Below are positions 13,317 to 25,508 of a DNA stretch of 64,000 bases, one piece after another (positions within the stretch are counted from its first letter, which is position 1; every line of letters begins with the position of its first letter). Origin of the DNA: Eledone cirrhosa (lineage: Eukaryota); contig OZ024742.1 in NCBI GenBank assembly GCA_964016885.1, positions 308,760,001-308,824,000 of the forward strand, given 5' to 3'. Position numbers and translations under genes: made by a program. Below the pieces are notes generated by a model. It ran no database searches. It had not been told where the DNA came from and saw only the letters and a program-made list of their open reading frames with translations.

Positions 13317-13426
13317 AAGAGCCTGCTGACTAGGTCACAAATTTGATCGCTCTTCTCCTCTCTTTACCACAGTTTACAATGTGGAGAGATTGTCACAATT
13401 GAACCTTGAAACCTTAGGTAGCGCTT
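13317..13426 (+). ncRNA. Degenerate type I hammerhead ribozyme in the PLE 3' region
   Basis: aagagc-CTGcTGA (A6 mutated)-long stem II-GAAA-cc tta gg-TA-gcgctt. Confidence 0.55.
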
Positions 13427-13462
13427 TTTGTTCCGTGTATATATATATATATATGTGTGTGT

Positions 13463-13580
13463 GTAACGCGGAGTTACTGTAGGTTCACCCGGGTGAACAC
13501 TCGATGCTTAGGTTCACGTCAGTATCAAGGTGTAGAGCTAGACAGAGTATAATATAATAAGGAGTAACCACTCGTCCTTG
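13463..13580 (-). mobile_element. Isolated PLE-like tail
   Basis: Minus strand reads ACTCtg...atcGAGTGTT and ends at a (CA)/(TA) tract. Confidence 0.45.
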
Positions 13581-13803
13581 TATTATTATTATTATTATTG
13601 GTCTAAGCGGACGTATTTTGCTCGCTCCCAGTAAATCGCTTTATTTGCCTGTTAAAATTATTTGTTGTTAAATATTTCTTTTGGGTAAGGGATATAAGCC
13701 CTTAGACTTTGCCCCGGAAAGGGGAAAGTATAATATTTGGGCCTTTTGGCCCAAATATTTGAACTTTTTTTACATGTTAAAAAATTTACGAAGAAAAAAA
13801 AAC

Positions 13804-15751
13804 ATGGCTGAGCCACGCCCCCCAGCGATATGTCGGCTGTCGTGCGACAACGACGTAGAAGTTGAGAGGAGCGCTACAGCGAAATTTACACACATTGATA
13901 ACACAAACACCACCACAAACAAGGGACACAAAAACACCAATGATACCAATAAGAACTCTAATTTTGAAAAAAATGACAGTAACAGCGACAACGAAAATAC
14001 AGATAACAAAAAAAAATAAAAAAAATACAACAACAATATCAACACCACTAACATGAAAACAAATAGCGACAACACCAACAGCAACAATACCAACTGCACC
14101 GAGAACATCGGTGGCAAAAAAGACAACAATGATAACAGCGACAGTGCTAACAACAACACCAACAAGAACAACGTCAACAACACCCCCAACGAAAACAAGA
14201 ACACTTTCGCTGCGGCAGCAGCAAAAAAGAGGCCATGCTTCAACATGGACCTCTCAAACAAAGATGAAAAGTTGGCCCAGGCATGGAAGCTCATCAAGCA
14301 AGAGCAAACTTGGGCCAACTTAACTGTCCCGGTAGAAGCTATTGAGGCAGTGGAGCGCAAAACGGTGCATTATAGATGCATCTCAGCACAAACCAAAAGG
14401 GCAGCTTTAATCCCACAAGAAGATGTCGAAGTCGCGCTGAGGTGCATCAGAGAAGACACCCAGTACATAGAGAGGGGCAGACAGTACGGCACCATTTCGG
14501 TGTTGTTCAAGTCAGAAGCCCTCGCTATGAAACACGCTATGACTCCTTGCAAAACCAGCAAGGTCATAATGTACCCCTCCCACATGGGAAAAAGAACGGC
14601 TCGTCTCCGCATTCCCAGAATCCTACCAGGACTTGACATGTGGTGGCTTCTGGGATGTGTGATTGTGGAGGGGACGGATACAGTCCCTATAGAAGTGACC
14701 AGAACGGCCAGAGAGGACTGGTCCGGGGTTGACCTGGAGATCCTTCTCCAGATCAGGCCCGAGAATGTGAAGACAATCCCAGACCACATCCGCCTTCAGA
14801 ATGGGACGGTCATTCACATTATGACCGAAGGTAAAAGGCCGCAGTGTTTTGTTTGTGGGGAAAAAACCCATTTGCGAGCCTTCTGCCCTCAACTGCTGAA
14901 AGAGGCAAGGGGTCGAAAGGCTCCACTGCTGCCGACGCCTGGGCGAGGACCACAACCAACACCAATAGAAAGACCACCACCAACATTGACCACCCAGGGG
15001 GGAAACGAGGAAAGCTGTCAAATTCCCCCTCCCCCCAAAAAATACACACACCAATAAAACCATAAACATACATACAGACACACTTACAGACACAGACCCC
15101 TCATCTACCAGTAGTGAAAATGAGGGAAATCCCAAATCCCCCAAAATACAAAAAAAGGAAACACAAAAAGAAAAAAAAACTCAACAAAGCACAAAAGCAC
15201 CCACAATAAAAAACGCAGACACCACCCACGCAAACATCTCTCCAATAACACCAACATCAACACCACCATCACCATCACCAGAATCCCCCAAACGCAAACA
15301 ACCGAAACAGACGCAAGAACAAATATACACACAAACATCTGAAACCACAGACACCGCACTCACAACAAACACAGATACAACCGAAACAACACCACCAAAA
15401 CCATCACCACCACAGCCACGCAAACAAATAAAATCACACCAACAAAAGATAGAAAACTTCGTGCTTGTCAGGAGGGCCAACAAAGAACTGATGGCCCTCG
15501 TAGCACGAAGTGAAAATATACAAAAAGAGGGGGAAATTTTAAAATCGAGCACATTTCGCGTGCCGGAAGATTTGGTTCTGGTGCGAATGTCGCTCGACAT
15601 ATTCAAAGAAATACGAGACAGCTTTCCTCGGGACGTGGGAACCCCGAACGTAAAACCCACTTCAAGACTTTTAAAGGGGTTCCCAAAAGAAACCCCACTA
15701 ACTATGGAGGTCGAACAACCCGACCTTCACAAGAGCCCGGATGGTAAGTAA
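13804..15751 (+). pseudogene. Tx1 ORF1, disrupted
   Basis: MAE start, Asn-rich tract, CFVCGEKTHLRAFC knuckle, T/P linker and a C-terminal domain homologous to copy 1. Confidence 0.8.
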
Positions 15752-15782
15752 ACATTCCTCTCTCTCTGTTTAACCTGCCAAC

Positions 15783-18700
15783 ATGGCCGTATTAAGAGTA
15801 GGATGTTTAAATGTTTGAGGCCTGGGATCGTCCTGGAAGCAGGGTCACCTTCTCAACGACCTCAGGTCTATAGAAATGGATCTAATTGCAGTCAGCGAGA
15901 CCAGGATTTCCGACACGCGCGCACTAGCCCCCATTTTCGACGACTATCAGATCTTTGCATCTGTTAGCCGGCCGGGAATGGGAGGCAGTGCTGTTTAGGA
16001 AAGGCCTGGATTGCGAGGTAAGGTCGATCTTCCGGGACCCGGACGGGAAGTTGGTGGTCCTGGACGTGAACAATAATGAAGGTGGTGCCTTTAGACTGGT
16101 GGCCGTCTATGCAGGATTGGGGCAGGACGGCCGGACTTCTTTAGACGCCTGGAAGCCTTTCTGGGTACAGCTCGCCCTTTACTGTTAGCGGGGGACTGGA
16201 ACGGCATCTTAGACGCACGCTGGGACTGTGTGGGAGTATCCGATAGGAGCGGGATGTGCAAAAGCCTCAAGAACCTGATCAGCCAGTTCCAACTGTCTGA
16301 CAGGTACCGACTAGATTTACCTAATGCGCCAGTGTGGACCTAGGCTAACCGCATAGGGTCATCTAGATCGTATATAGACAGGATATTCATTAGGAAAATA
16401 GACAGAAATAGTGTAAGCTGTCCACGTTTTGAAACGGTCGCCTATTCAGATCACAAGTTTGTGATCTGTATGGTCGACCTAGATAAGACGCGTAGGTTAG
16501 GACCTGGTTACTGGAAGCTAAACATGTCATTTCCGGCACGTAAGGCTTACAGATACCAGGTCAATAATTTAGTTAAGAAAAGGTTGACAGGGGGAGTCGT
16601 CAACAATAGATGGTGGGGGGCTCTCAAAAGAGAGATTACGGTAATGTCGATAGAGTTTAGCAAAGAAGTAGCATTAGAGAAAAATAGAAAGGAGGGAGAG
16701 TTGGTAGGTTAGTTAGACGAGGCTATTGGTAGTGGCATTGCAACTGATGTGTTAGCGGCGAGAATGGCATTAGACCATTTCTTCAATGCGAAACACGAAG
16801 GTTGCATTGTCAGAGCTAAGGCGCGTGCTCTGAGAAACGAGGGAACCAAAGCTGTTCAATGGGCCAGCGTGGCAGAGGCGCAGCGTGGTAATAAAACCAC
16901 GATTCGGTCTTTGACGGACCGAGACGGGCACGAGCTGAGCGATTCCAAGAGGATGTGTGAGGCCTTTCGCCAACATTTTGCTCGGTTGTTCGGGGGAAGT
17001 GGCGGGTCAGAGATGGTGGCGGACTTCAGTCCCTACCTCGATGGCTTGCCGCAACTCTCGACGGCTGACGCTGGGCGCTGCGAAAGGCCAATTACTTCAG
17101 CCGAGATTCAGGGTGCCCTTGTAGGCTGCATGAGGCGCAAGTCACCCGGTTTGGATGGTCTGCCCTACGAGCTTTACGTAAATATGCCAGACTTGTTCTC
17201 CAATCTCCTCGAAGCCCTCTACTGCAACTGGCAGCAAAACGGGAGTATTCCCAGTTCTGTGAGCCGGGGCGTAGTGACGCTGATAAGGAAAGACGAGAAC
17301 AAGAGTGACACATTAGACAATTTCAGGCCCATAACTCTGCTCAACACAGAGTTTAAGATTTTGGCCAGGGTGTTAGCGAAGAGGTTGGCGCTTGTCGTCG
17401 GGGATTTGGTTGGGGAGGCGCAAACTTGCGCAATCCCAACCAGGTCCATACACGACAACCTCCACCTAATATGATACATCATAGAGAGGGTAATGTGTAA
17501 ACCTGGCTTCTGGGTGGGGGGGACTCAGATCAATTTAGATCAATCGAAAGCATTCGATAGGTTCGACCATCGGTACCTGGAGGCTGTCCTCAAGGCGGCT
17601 GGCTTCGGCCCCGTCTTCAGAAGCTGGATCGCTGCAATGCACAGCGGCACCTGCTCGATGGTCAAAATTAATGGCCACCTCTCGGAACCGTTTCAGGTCT
17701 CCCGATCGGTCCGTCAAGGGTGCCCTCTCTCCTCCCTTCTGTACGTATTGACTCTCGAGCCTTTACTGTGGAAGCTGGAGCTGTTGCAGGGCATCCCGCT
17801 CGAACCGGGACGAGGAAAGGCCGTGTCGGCTTATGCGGACGACATCACCGTGATAGTGTCGGACACCTCAGAAATCGAGGTGGTCGGCAACTGATTGGAG
17901 GAATATGAAAGGTTGACGGGAGCAAAACTTAACCCTGAAAAGTCAGTAGGCTTGCAACTCGGCACCTGGAGAGGCAAGTCCATGCCGTCCAACAGCGTCG
18001 TTAGGCGCTGGACGGACGGACCGGTAAAGTTGGTAGGGGTTTGGTTCGGGCCAGACCTCCAGGTGGATAAGAATTGGGACGAGGTGACGGGCAGGGTAGT
18101 CAGTCTCACCCAGAAATGGGCTGGGATGAAGCTATCACTGAAAGGTCGGGCGGAGGTGGCGAACGCGTACATCGCGTCCGTCATCTACTACCGTCCCTTG
18201 CCCCCGTCCGCGCCTCGCCATCTTGGAGCGGCACCTCTTCAAATTCTTGTGGAGGGGTCAGGTTCCGCTGGTGAGGCGGTCCATCTGCTGCCAGCACCCT
18301 CTACGTAAGAGGGTTGGGCATGCCGTGGCTAATGATGCACAGGCACGCGCTGAGGCTGCGGCATCTCCAGATATTCTGCCTCAACGGTGAACAGGTGTGG
18401 TCGACGTTTGTCAGACGGGCCTTTCCGCAGCTTGTTTCTTTGACTGAGTTGCAGTCCTGGATCATGAAGAGACCGAGACTGGGTGACTGGCATCTGGAAT
18501 GTTGCCAGGCACTCACTGCCCTCTACCAGGCGGGCAATGCGGTCAGTGGAACGAAGTCGAACTAACCAGTCTGTACCGGAGGACTTTCGATCCAGGGACG
18601 ATGGATAATTTCCAAAAATCCCTCGCTTGGCAGTGCTACCGGGGGCACTGCCGGTTCGAGATAAACTCTACAGGCACGGAAGTGCTGTCAGACGGACCTG

Positions 18701-19115
18701 CCCGAGATGCACGCAGAGCGACGAAACCGTTCTGCACGCACTCGTCCAGTGTCCGTGCATTACTGACTTGTGGAGTTATGTTGAACAGCTGTTGTCGCGT
18801 GTAGAACGGATCTGGCTATCGGCCGAGTCCATAGTGAAGATCGACCCGCCGCCTTCTTTTGGCCAGGAAGGGCAGGCAATTTTCCTCTGTCTGGTGGCAG
18901 TAGCGAAAGAGGTTGTATGGTGGACGAGGTTGAAAGGACTGAAGACAGACATTTTTCTCTTCGGCCAATCCCTCATCAACTTTTTCAAGTTTCACTTGGA
19001 AAGGAAGGTTAGGGTGGAGAGAGAAGTGCTGCCCACCAGTACATTTGCTGAAAGGTGGGTGAATGTAGCGAGAATGCCCCGTGTGAGTGGGCCTACTCTG
19101 GTCATGCGGCTGTAG
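15783..19115 (+). pseudogene. Tx1 ORF2 with multiple stops, frameshifts and a deletion near 18560
   Basis: Colinear with ORF2 of copy 1: SPGLDG, FRPITLLN, RQGCPLS, YADD, CPRC..ETVLHALVQC. Confidence 0.9.
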
Positions 19116-19410
19116 GTATGTAAATTTGAAGAGGAGAGGGGTGCCCTTCCAGGGTGCTCTCGAAGCGTCGGGTCGTTCAGGAAGGTGGGGTACCTGAGCG
19201 AACCCGAGGTGGTCATCCCCCCTATTGGGGAATTTTTTCTTGTTGTAATTTTATTGTTACTTTATTGTTACTTTGTTATTGTCACTTTGTTTATTCATAT
19301 TGTTTACTCGATTTTTCTGTAAAACCCCACTGTCCCAGTCTTTTGTATTGTCCCCTATATGTCGGCCCTTGTGGCCAATAAATGAAATCATTATTATTAT
19401 TATTATATAG

Positions 19411-19705
19411 TGCGGTGGATTGGCAGTATCGGTAGAGGGTCGGACGCCATGCTTTCCAGCATAGTTACGTCCCTTTACGATCTGAGTTCAAATCTCGCCG
19501 AGGTTGACTTTGCCTTTCATCCTTACGGGGTCGATAAAATAAAGTACCAGTAATGCACTGGATAATTGCTGGCCTTGTGCCTAAAGTAGAAACAATTATT
19601 ATTATTATTATATATAGAGCGGTGAATTGGCAGTATCGGTAGAGGGTTGGACGCCATGATTTCTAGCGTAGTTACGTCCATTTACGGTTTGAGTTCAAAT
19701 CCCGT
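19411..19705 (+). mobile_element. Meta-like tRNA SINEs (one full, one truncated)
   Basis: Same family as 1533-2042. Confidence 0.8.
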
Positions 19706-19750
19706 CGTGGTTTTCCTATTTTTGTACGCTCTTGTGGCAAATAAAGAAAT
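19706..19750 (+). mobile_element. Very short 3' end of the Tx1 copy-1 family
   Basis: cttgtggcaaataaagaaa matches 8395-8414 and is followed by (TA)n and (CTAT/CTAC)n. Confidence 0.5.
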
Positions 19751-20444
19751 ATATATATATATTTACCTATCTACCTATCTACCTACCTATCTATCTATCT
19801 ATCAATTTATCTATCATATCGACACATATTTAGTAATCTGTCTGTGTCGAGAAAAATTATGGTTTTTTGGGGGGTTTTTTCAAATCAGTAAACTCAAATT
19901 CAGTTCTAAATTTTTTTATCTACATGTACCTTATGGTTACAATAAATAGACATTTGTCTTTTTTTCCTTTAAATATATATTGATTAATCTGTGCATTTTC
20001 TTCCAGTTGAGTAGGAAAAACATGCTCATGATTTAAAAGCAATATCGACCGAACAATTCGTTTTCTACTTTTGTAATTAAATATTTCATTTAAAAGTTTA
20101 TTTTGGAACATTCTTACTAGAAAAAAATTAATCTCTCTTAAATATATTTTTGACATTTCACGTTATATGTGTTGAAATGTACCATCAGGTAATTATAGAA
20201 GCAAAGAGACACAGCACTATCGTGCTATATGTTACTACTAGTAGACCCGTGTCGCAAATAATGATGCCAATGCGCTGAACATGTTCAAGATTGGTATGCT
20301 ATATATATCAAGATTACTGGATATATTAACAGTGTTATAAACGGTAAATTTGCGTTATGATAGATTACTGAGTTGCATGAGAGAAAGCCTATAATTTATA
20401 TTGATTATTGACACGTGAAAATGATTTAAGATGAAATGATATTT

Positions 20445-20620
20445 TAATAATTGTTTCTATTTTTGGCACAAGGCCAGCAATTATCTCAGTGCATTACTGG
20501 TACTTTATTTTATCGACCCCGTAAGGATGAAAGGCAAAGTTAACCATGGCGCGATTTGAACTCAGACTGTAAATGGACGTAACACTATGCTGGCGTCAGA
20601 CCCTCTACCGATACTGCCTT
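20445..20620 (-). mobile_element. Meta-like tRNA SINE
   Basis: Matches the family consensus. Confidence 0.75.
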
Positions 20621-22115
20621 TGATATCTTAATGATACGTATATATATAGGATATAATTATATGAACCCTCGGCATATAGGCATACGTGACAAACAGGATT
20701 AAATGTATGAGCAACTTTGGAGAAATAACAGTGTATCAGTCAGTTATTCTTATTGTTCGTTCCCAGATCAACACTGGTCGCACAGACTTGTAGTCAGAGG
20801 TGTTCTATCTGTGACTTTCCCACCTTTTCAGGGATTTCTATCTATAATTATATCTTCTAGTATATCATCCACTGTTTCACACAGTCGGAGTTGATTTACT
20901 GGAGATGTTGCTGTATTAGTATATAAGCCTTTCAGTTTTTTAAGACTGTACGGTGTAATTTGAAAGGAATCTGGCTGGTATTTCGAGGTGGTCAAGCAAT
21001 CATATTAAGACTCCTTTAATAATTCGCTATCACCACGTTATTTCTATTTCTGATCGATAATTAACTACACAATGACGATTGCTCAATCAAAAGCTTGTCG
21101 ATTGAAATATGTGATTCTTCGTCTATGTCGACCTTATGTCTATCGCTTTCACACAGTTAACCTTCAGAACATATTTTTAACATATAGGTTCTAACATGTA
21201 CTTAACAAAGGCTGTGGAGATATTTAGAAAAACAAGACGAAAAGTATCTTCAGGTGTATATCTGCAGAGGAAATTAACACTATTATTAAAGACTGGAAAC
21301 AAAAAGAAAGAGAGAACAAAAGATATCTATCCAAGCTCGAAAGTTAATTATACAGCACCAAAGATTAAGATTCTTCAAAATAGAAGTAATGAAAAAGAAA
21401 ATGGCATGGTTTTGAAAGTATCTCGCTGAACTTTCAAATTATTGTGAAGAAGCAAATATAAGAGTTAAAAAGAAATAATTTGACAATACGTCTAAATAAA
21501 GAAATCGAAAATATTCCTAGAAATCGAACTGAAATAGAATATCAAATAGATGGTTATAGAAATATTAACAATAAAGAAAATTTTAAAGAAATAACGTAAA
21601 ACACAAAAATCCAAAATAAAGAACCCGCAAAAAAAAAAAATTCCATGGAGTACTAAAAGTATATTTTATTGGTATTACAGATCTAAATAATAGTTTTAGC
21701 GTTAAAGTTGATGAATAATTGTGAATGTATATTTCGAAAATGACAACGATATGAAAGAGAAGGTTCGAAACATCAGAGCTTTGCATAAATACATATGTGA
21801 GTTGAAAGAGGAGGAAGAATTCAACTACGGTAAGAAAATGTTGTTTATTTCTATCAATGGTATTTAGAAAAACGTATTGTGAATTTCAGAAGAGATACAG
21901 AAGTAAGATAAGGACAGACCTGCTAACTTCTATATACCAAACGGGGAGTACCGTGAAAAAGAAGTGCCCCAAAACGAGGAAAAATGAGGCAAAATCGGGA
22001 GATTTTACATATTGAAAGCTATACCCATTTTCACAAGAGAAAACATCTTTCACTAACCACAAAGTGGGTGGGAAATCTCACTTGACTGGTATAAAATCAG
22101 AGACATGGTCAATAC

Positions 22116-22280
22116 TAGGCATGGGCAACCTTTTTTCAAGCAGTGGGCCGCATAGGATATGGCTCATCATAAGGTGGGCTACACTACTGAAATATTCAAG
22201 ACAATTTTGAAATTAGGCGTGCCATTCAGAAAGCCAAACTAGCTACATGCGGCGCACGGGTTGCAGTTTGCCCATGACTA
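22116..22280. mobile_element. hAT (Charlie-like) MITE
   Basis: Terminal inverted repeats taggcatgggcaa / ttgcccatgacta; no clear target-site duplication. Confidence 0.5.
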
Positions 22281-23640
22281 CACCAACTCATTATAGTGGG
22301 TATTTTATAATATATCGAAGGGAGATCACCTTAACCATTTCGTAACAATATTTCATGTGAAAAAGATTGCCTGCGATTTTCAAATAATTTTGAAAATATT
22401 CAAGAACCTGAAGAGACTTAGTAATATAACTGACTTTCTCGTTATTTATCTGATGTGCAGAACATAACTTACCAAGGGTTCTTACATAACGCTATGGTGG
22501 AAGGTTTTTTAAATAAATATATATACTACAACTACAACTTTTTATCTTAAAGACATGTGGGGTTTCAAGCGGTTTTATAACAAAAGAGTTAAAGTGGTTT
22601 ATCTCAAAAGATATGACTTGTATTTACCTTCTTACTATAATGATCTGAGTTGAAATTTTGGCGATTGTTTACAATACTCATATAAAAGTGATCTACAAAA
22701 ATTAGTTGTTCTCGTAGTCAGCTGATTCAGGGACTCAATTTTTATTTCTGATTGCAATATCTATTAATTTTCAATGATAAATTACAACCCGTGGTTATAG
22801 AAATGGACCTAACCTTTAGTGAAGAACGATTTAGTATTCTGTTAACATTCCATTCTTATTTATGATGCTTTATATTTGTATATTAAAGTGATTCCCAGTA
22901 GTTGACTGGTACTTTATTATGTAATCGACCCGGATATAAACAACACAAAGGACCTTGACTTGATTTGAAATCAGTCCGTAACGGCTGTAACTAAATACTA
23001 CAAGTAATGTAATCAGTGATCTAACGGCTCTACTATGTTTCAATAATTTAAGGTCTCCATTGCATTTCACTCAAAATATTTTCAATCAAGTGTCTCTTTA
23101 CTTCCACATCCGAAACCCACCCCGCCTTATCTACATCCTATACATTCTACACTTTTAGTTGAGCGTACCCGTTCCATCATCTCTCTTATCTAACATATCC
23201 ACCTAGTGAGTGAAAGATTAAGAGCTACTAATATTATGATGATAGAAATATATACTTATTTGATGGATTGCTCCAGCCTCTGTTTTGGCAGCAGTAATAT
23301 TACTGAAAGCAGGGAGTCTGAATGATTTATCAGTAACTATTATACAAAATAAGGCGGTGAATTGACAGTGTTAGAGCGTTGAATTAACAACGCCTCGATA
23401 TTTGTTCCGGCTCAGCTTCTATCTTTCTTACTTTCTCTCTCTAGAAGAAATCAGTTGTTTCAACCTGGAGATGGATGAGCTCTACCAGAGTTAAAATGCC
23501 AAAGGCACGCCATATATCACTACAGCACCAGCTACGACTTCATCAAAAGTTAAAGGCCATTTATCTTCACGTCCATTAAACAAAATAAAATATCGATTTC
23601 TGTATTATTTATTTCAACGCATTATTTTAATATTATATAG

Positions 23641-23840
23641 GGTGGTGGATTGACAGTATCGGTAGAGGGTCGGACTCCATGCTTTGCAGCATAGAGTTAC
23701 GCCCCTTTACGATCTGAGTTCAAATCCCGCCGAGGTTAACTTTGCCTTTCATCCTTACAGGCTCGATAAAGTAAAGTACCAGTAATAAATACACTGGGAT
23801 AATTGCTGGCTTTGTGCCAAAAATAGAAACAATTATTTTA
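23641..23840 (+). mobile_element. Meta-like tRNA SINE
   Basis: Matches the family consensus. Confidence 0.8.
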
Positions 23841-23893
23841 TATAATAGCAGAAGGGAAAAGGGAAGAAAAAGGAATATATATATATATATATT

Positions 23894-24058
23894 TAGGAAA
23901 AGGTTCAGGACCCCGACGGCAGAGCTCAAGCCGTTTCGACGGCTTGAGCTCTGCCGTCGAGGTCCTGAACCTTTTCCTATTACCCACTCTACTACCCAAA
24001 GTATCGAGTACTCTGGTGCGTTATAGTCCACCTGGTTCCTTACCACACTTCCTCCGTT
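23894..24058 (+). mobile_element. Fold-back element, family A
   Basis: Palindrome with TTCG loop (23894-23979) plus tail; (TA)n flanks. Confidence 0.85.
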
Positions 24059-24164
24059 ATATATACTGTATATATATATGTGTGTGTGCGTGTATGTATA
24101 TATGTATATATATGTATGTATGCATGCATGAATGTATGTATGCATGTATGTATTTTTGCGGCGA

Positions 24165-24400
24165 AAATACATATGATGTTCAGAGTGTGGGATTGACCCC
24201 TGCAAGGCCTTTCCTCACTCAAAAAAGCTTCAAGCACAGGCATCGCTTGATATGTGACATTTTTTGCGATGCATGGTATTGCTGGCCATAGGCAAGTCCC
24301 TAGCAGGACTAAAGAGCCACGTCCTTGATGCCCTTGCTTAATTATGAAGCGGTGCCATTACTCGAGATCGAGTCGCAGCCACCATGTATGTATACATGCA
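24165..24400 (+). mobile_element. Family C (RTE-related) 3' part with (ATGT)n tail
   Basis: cagagtgtgggattg...ttcctcact...gcagccaccatgtatgta; homologous to 24797-25010 and 25290-25508. Confidence 0.55.
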
Positions 24401-24444
24401 TGTGTATATGCATGTATGTATGTATGTGTGTATGTATGTATGTG

Positions 24445-24745
24445 AAGTAGCGTGGCTTTGTGATCAGGGTGTTCAGCTCACGATCGTATGGTCTTAGTTC
24501 GAATCCCGGCGATGCGTTGTGTCCTTGAACAAGACACTTTATTTTACATTGCTCCAGTTCACTCAGCTGGCAAAAATGAGTTCTACCCGTAGTTCGAAGG
24601 AGCAGCCTTGTCACACACTGTGTTATACTGATCTCCCTGAGAACTACGTAAAGTGTACACATGTCTGTGGAATTGCACGTTAATTTCCCGAGCAGTCTGT
24701 TCCGTTGATCGGATCAACCTGATCACTCGTCGTCGTAACCGATGA
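24445..24745 (+). mobile_element. tRNA-derived CORE-type SINE
   Basis: Box A/B (tggctttgtg; gttcgaatcc) and core gtgtccttgaacaagacactttattttacattgctccagttcactcagctg. Confidence 0.7.
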
Positions 24746-24796
24746 ATGTTTGTATGTATGTGTGTATTTATGTATACATGTATGTATACATACATA

Positions 24797-25010
24797 CATG
24801 ATGGCTGCCCCCTCGTTATCGAGTATGGCCATTGCACGATATACCATTATTAATAATTATCAATTAATTCTATCGTGCAATGCCTGTGCGTGAAGATATT
24901 TTTTAAAGTGAGGAAAGACTGTGCACTGAGCCAATCCCACTCTCTGAGCGACAGTAGCTATAACCCGAAAAGAAGAAAAGATCAACATCATCCGTAACTA
25001 CTGAGCCGCA
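24797..25010 (-). mobile_element. Family C element in (CATA)n
   Basis: Near-identical to 61614-61828; a fragment also occurs at 9400-9441. Confidence 0.7.
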
Positions 25011-25020
25011 TACATACATG

Positions 25021-25508
25021 TCAGGTCGCTCTCGAGTGCTACTGGTAACATATAACCCAGTACAACCTGTCTCATTATCGGGTCGTCGGCTACTAAACCG
25101 GCAACCCCACCAAGCTTGCTTGGCGAGAAGGGTGATATTTAGACACCCTGCGGGATGAAATATAAGACCCGGCAAAGGGCGGTGGAACTCAGCCGAGTCA
25201 ACGGCCATCCAAATAGTACTTTTTATCGGCCTGGGCGTGAAAGGAGAGGGAAGCTCTGAAAATAACCCTGCGGCTTTGGATGCATCCAATGATGTTGACT
25301 AGTTCTCTTTTTGGGTAGTGTTTTCAATGCTCAGAGAGTGGGATTGGTCAAGTGCAAGTCCTTTCCCCACTTAAAAAACCTTCAAAGCTTAGGCATGCTT
25401 GTTGAGGTTTCTGTGGCTGGCCGTAGCCTAAAAGTGCACCAAACTCTATAATCTGACAAGCGATTGCAATACTCTTAGCAGAGTTTACAGCCATCATACA
25501 TGTATGTA
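25021..25508 (+). mobile_element. Non-autonomous RTE-related element (family C relative)
   Basis: 5' part shared with 1094; RTE 5'-UTR-like aaggagagggaagctctgaaaataaccc; 3' end cagccatcatacatgtatgta. Confidence 0.55.

Larger units (their letters stand above)
12744..13437 (+). mobile_element. 3' end of a Penelope-like retroelement
   Basis: GIY-YIG C-terminal coding fragment, 3' UTR and degenerate hammerhead, lying between (GT)n and (TA)n. Confidence 0.8.
13600..19389 (+). mobile_element. Tx1-clade non-LTR retrotransposon (copy 2, a different and more decayed family)
   Basis: ORF1 with knuckle, fragmented APE-RT-zinc finger ORF2, 3' AATAAATGAAAT; (ATT)n on both flanks. Confidence 0.9.
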
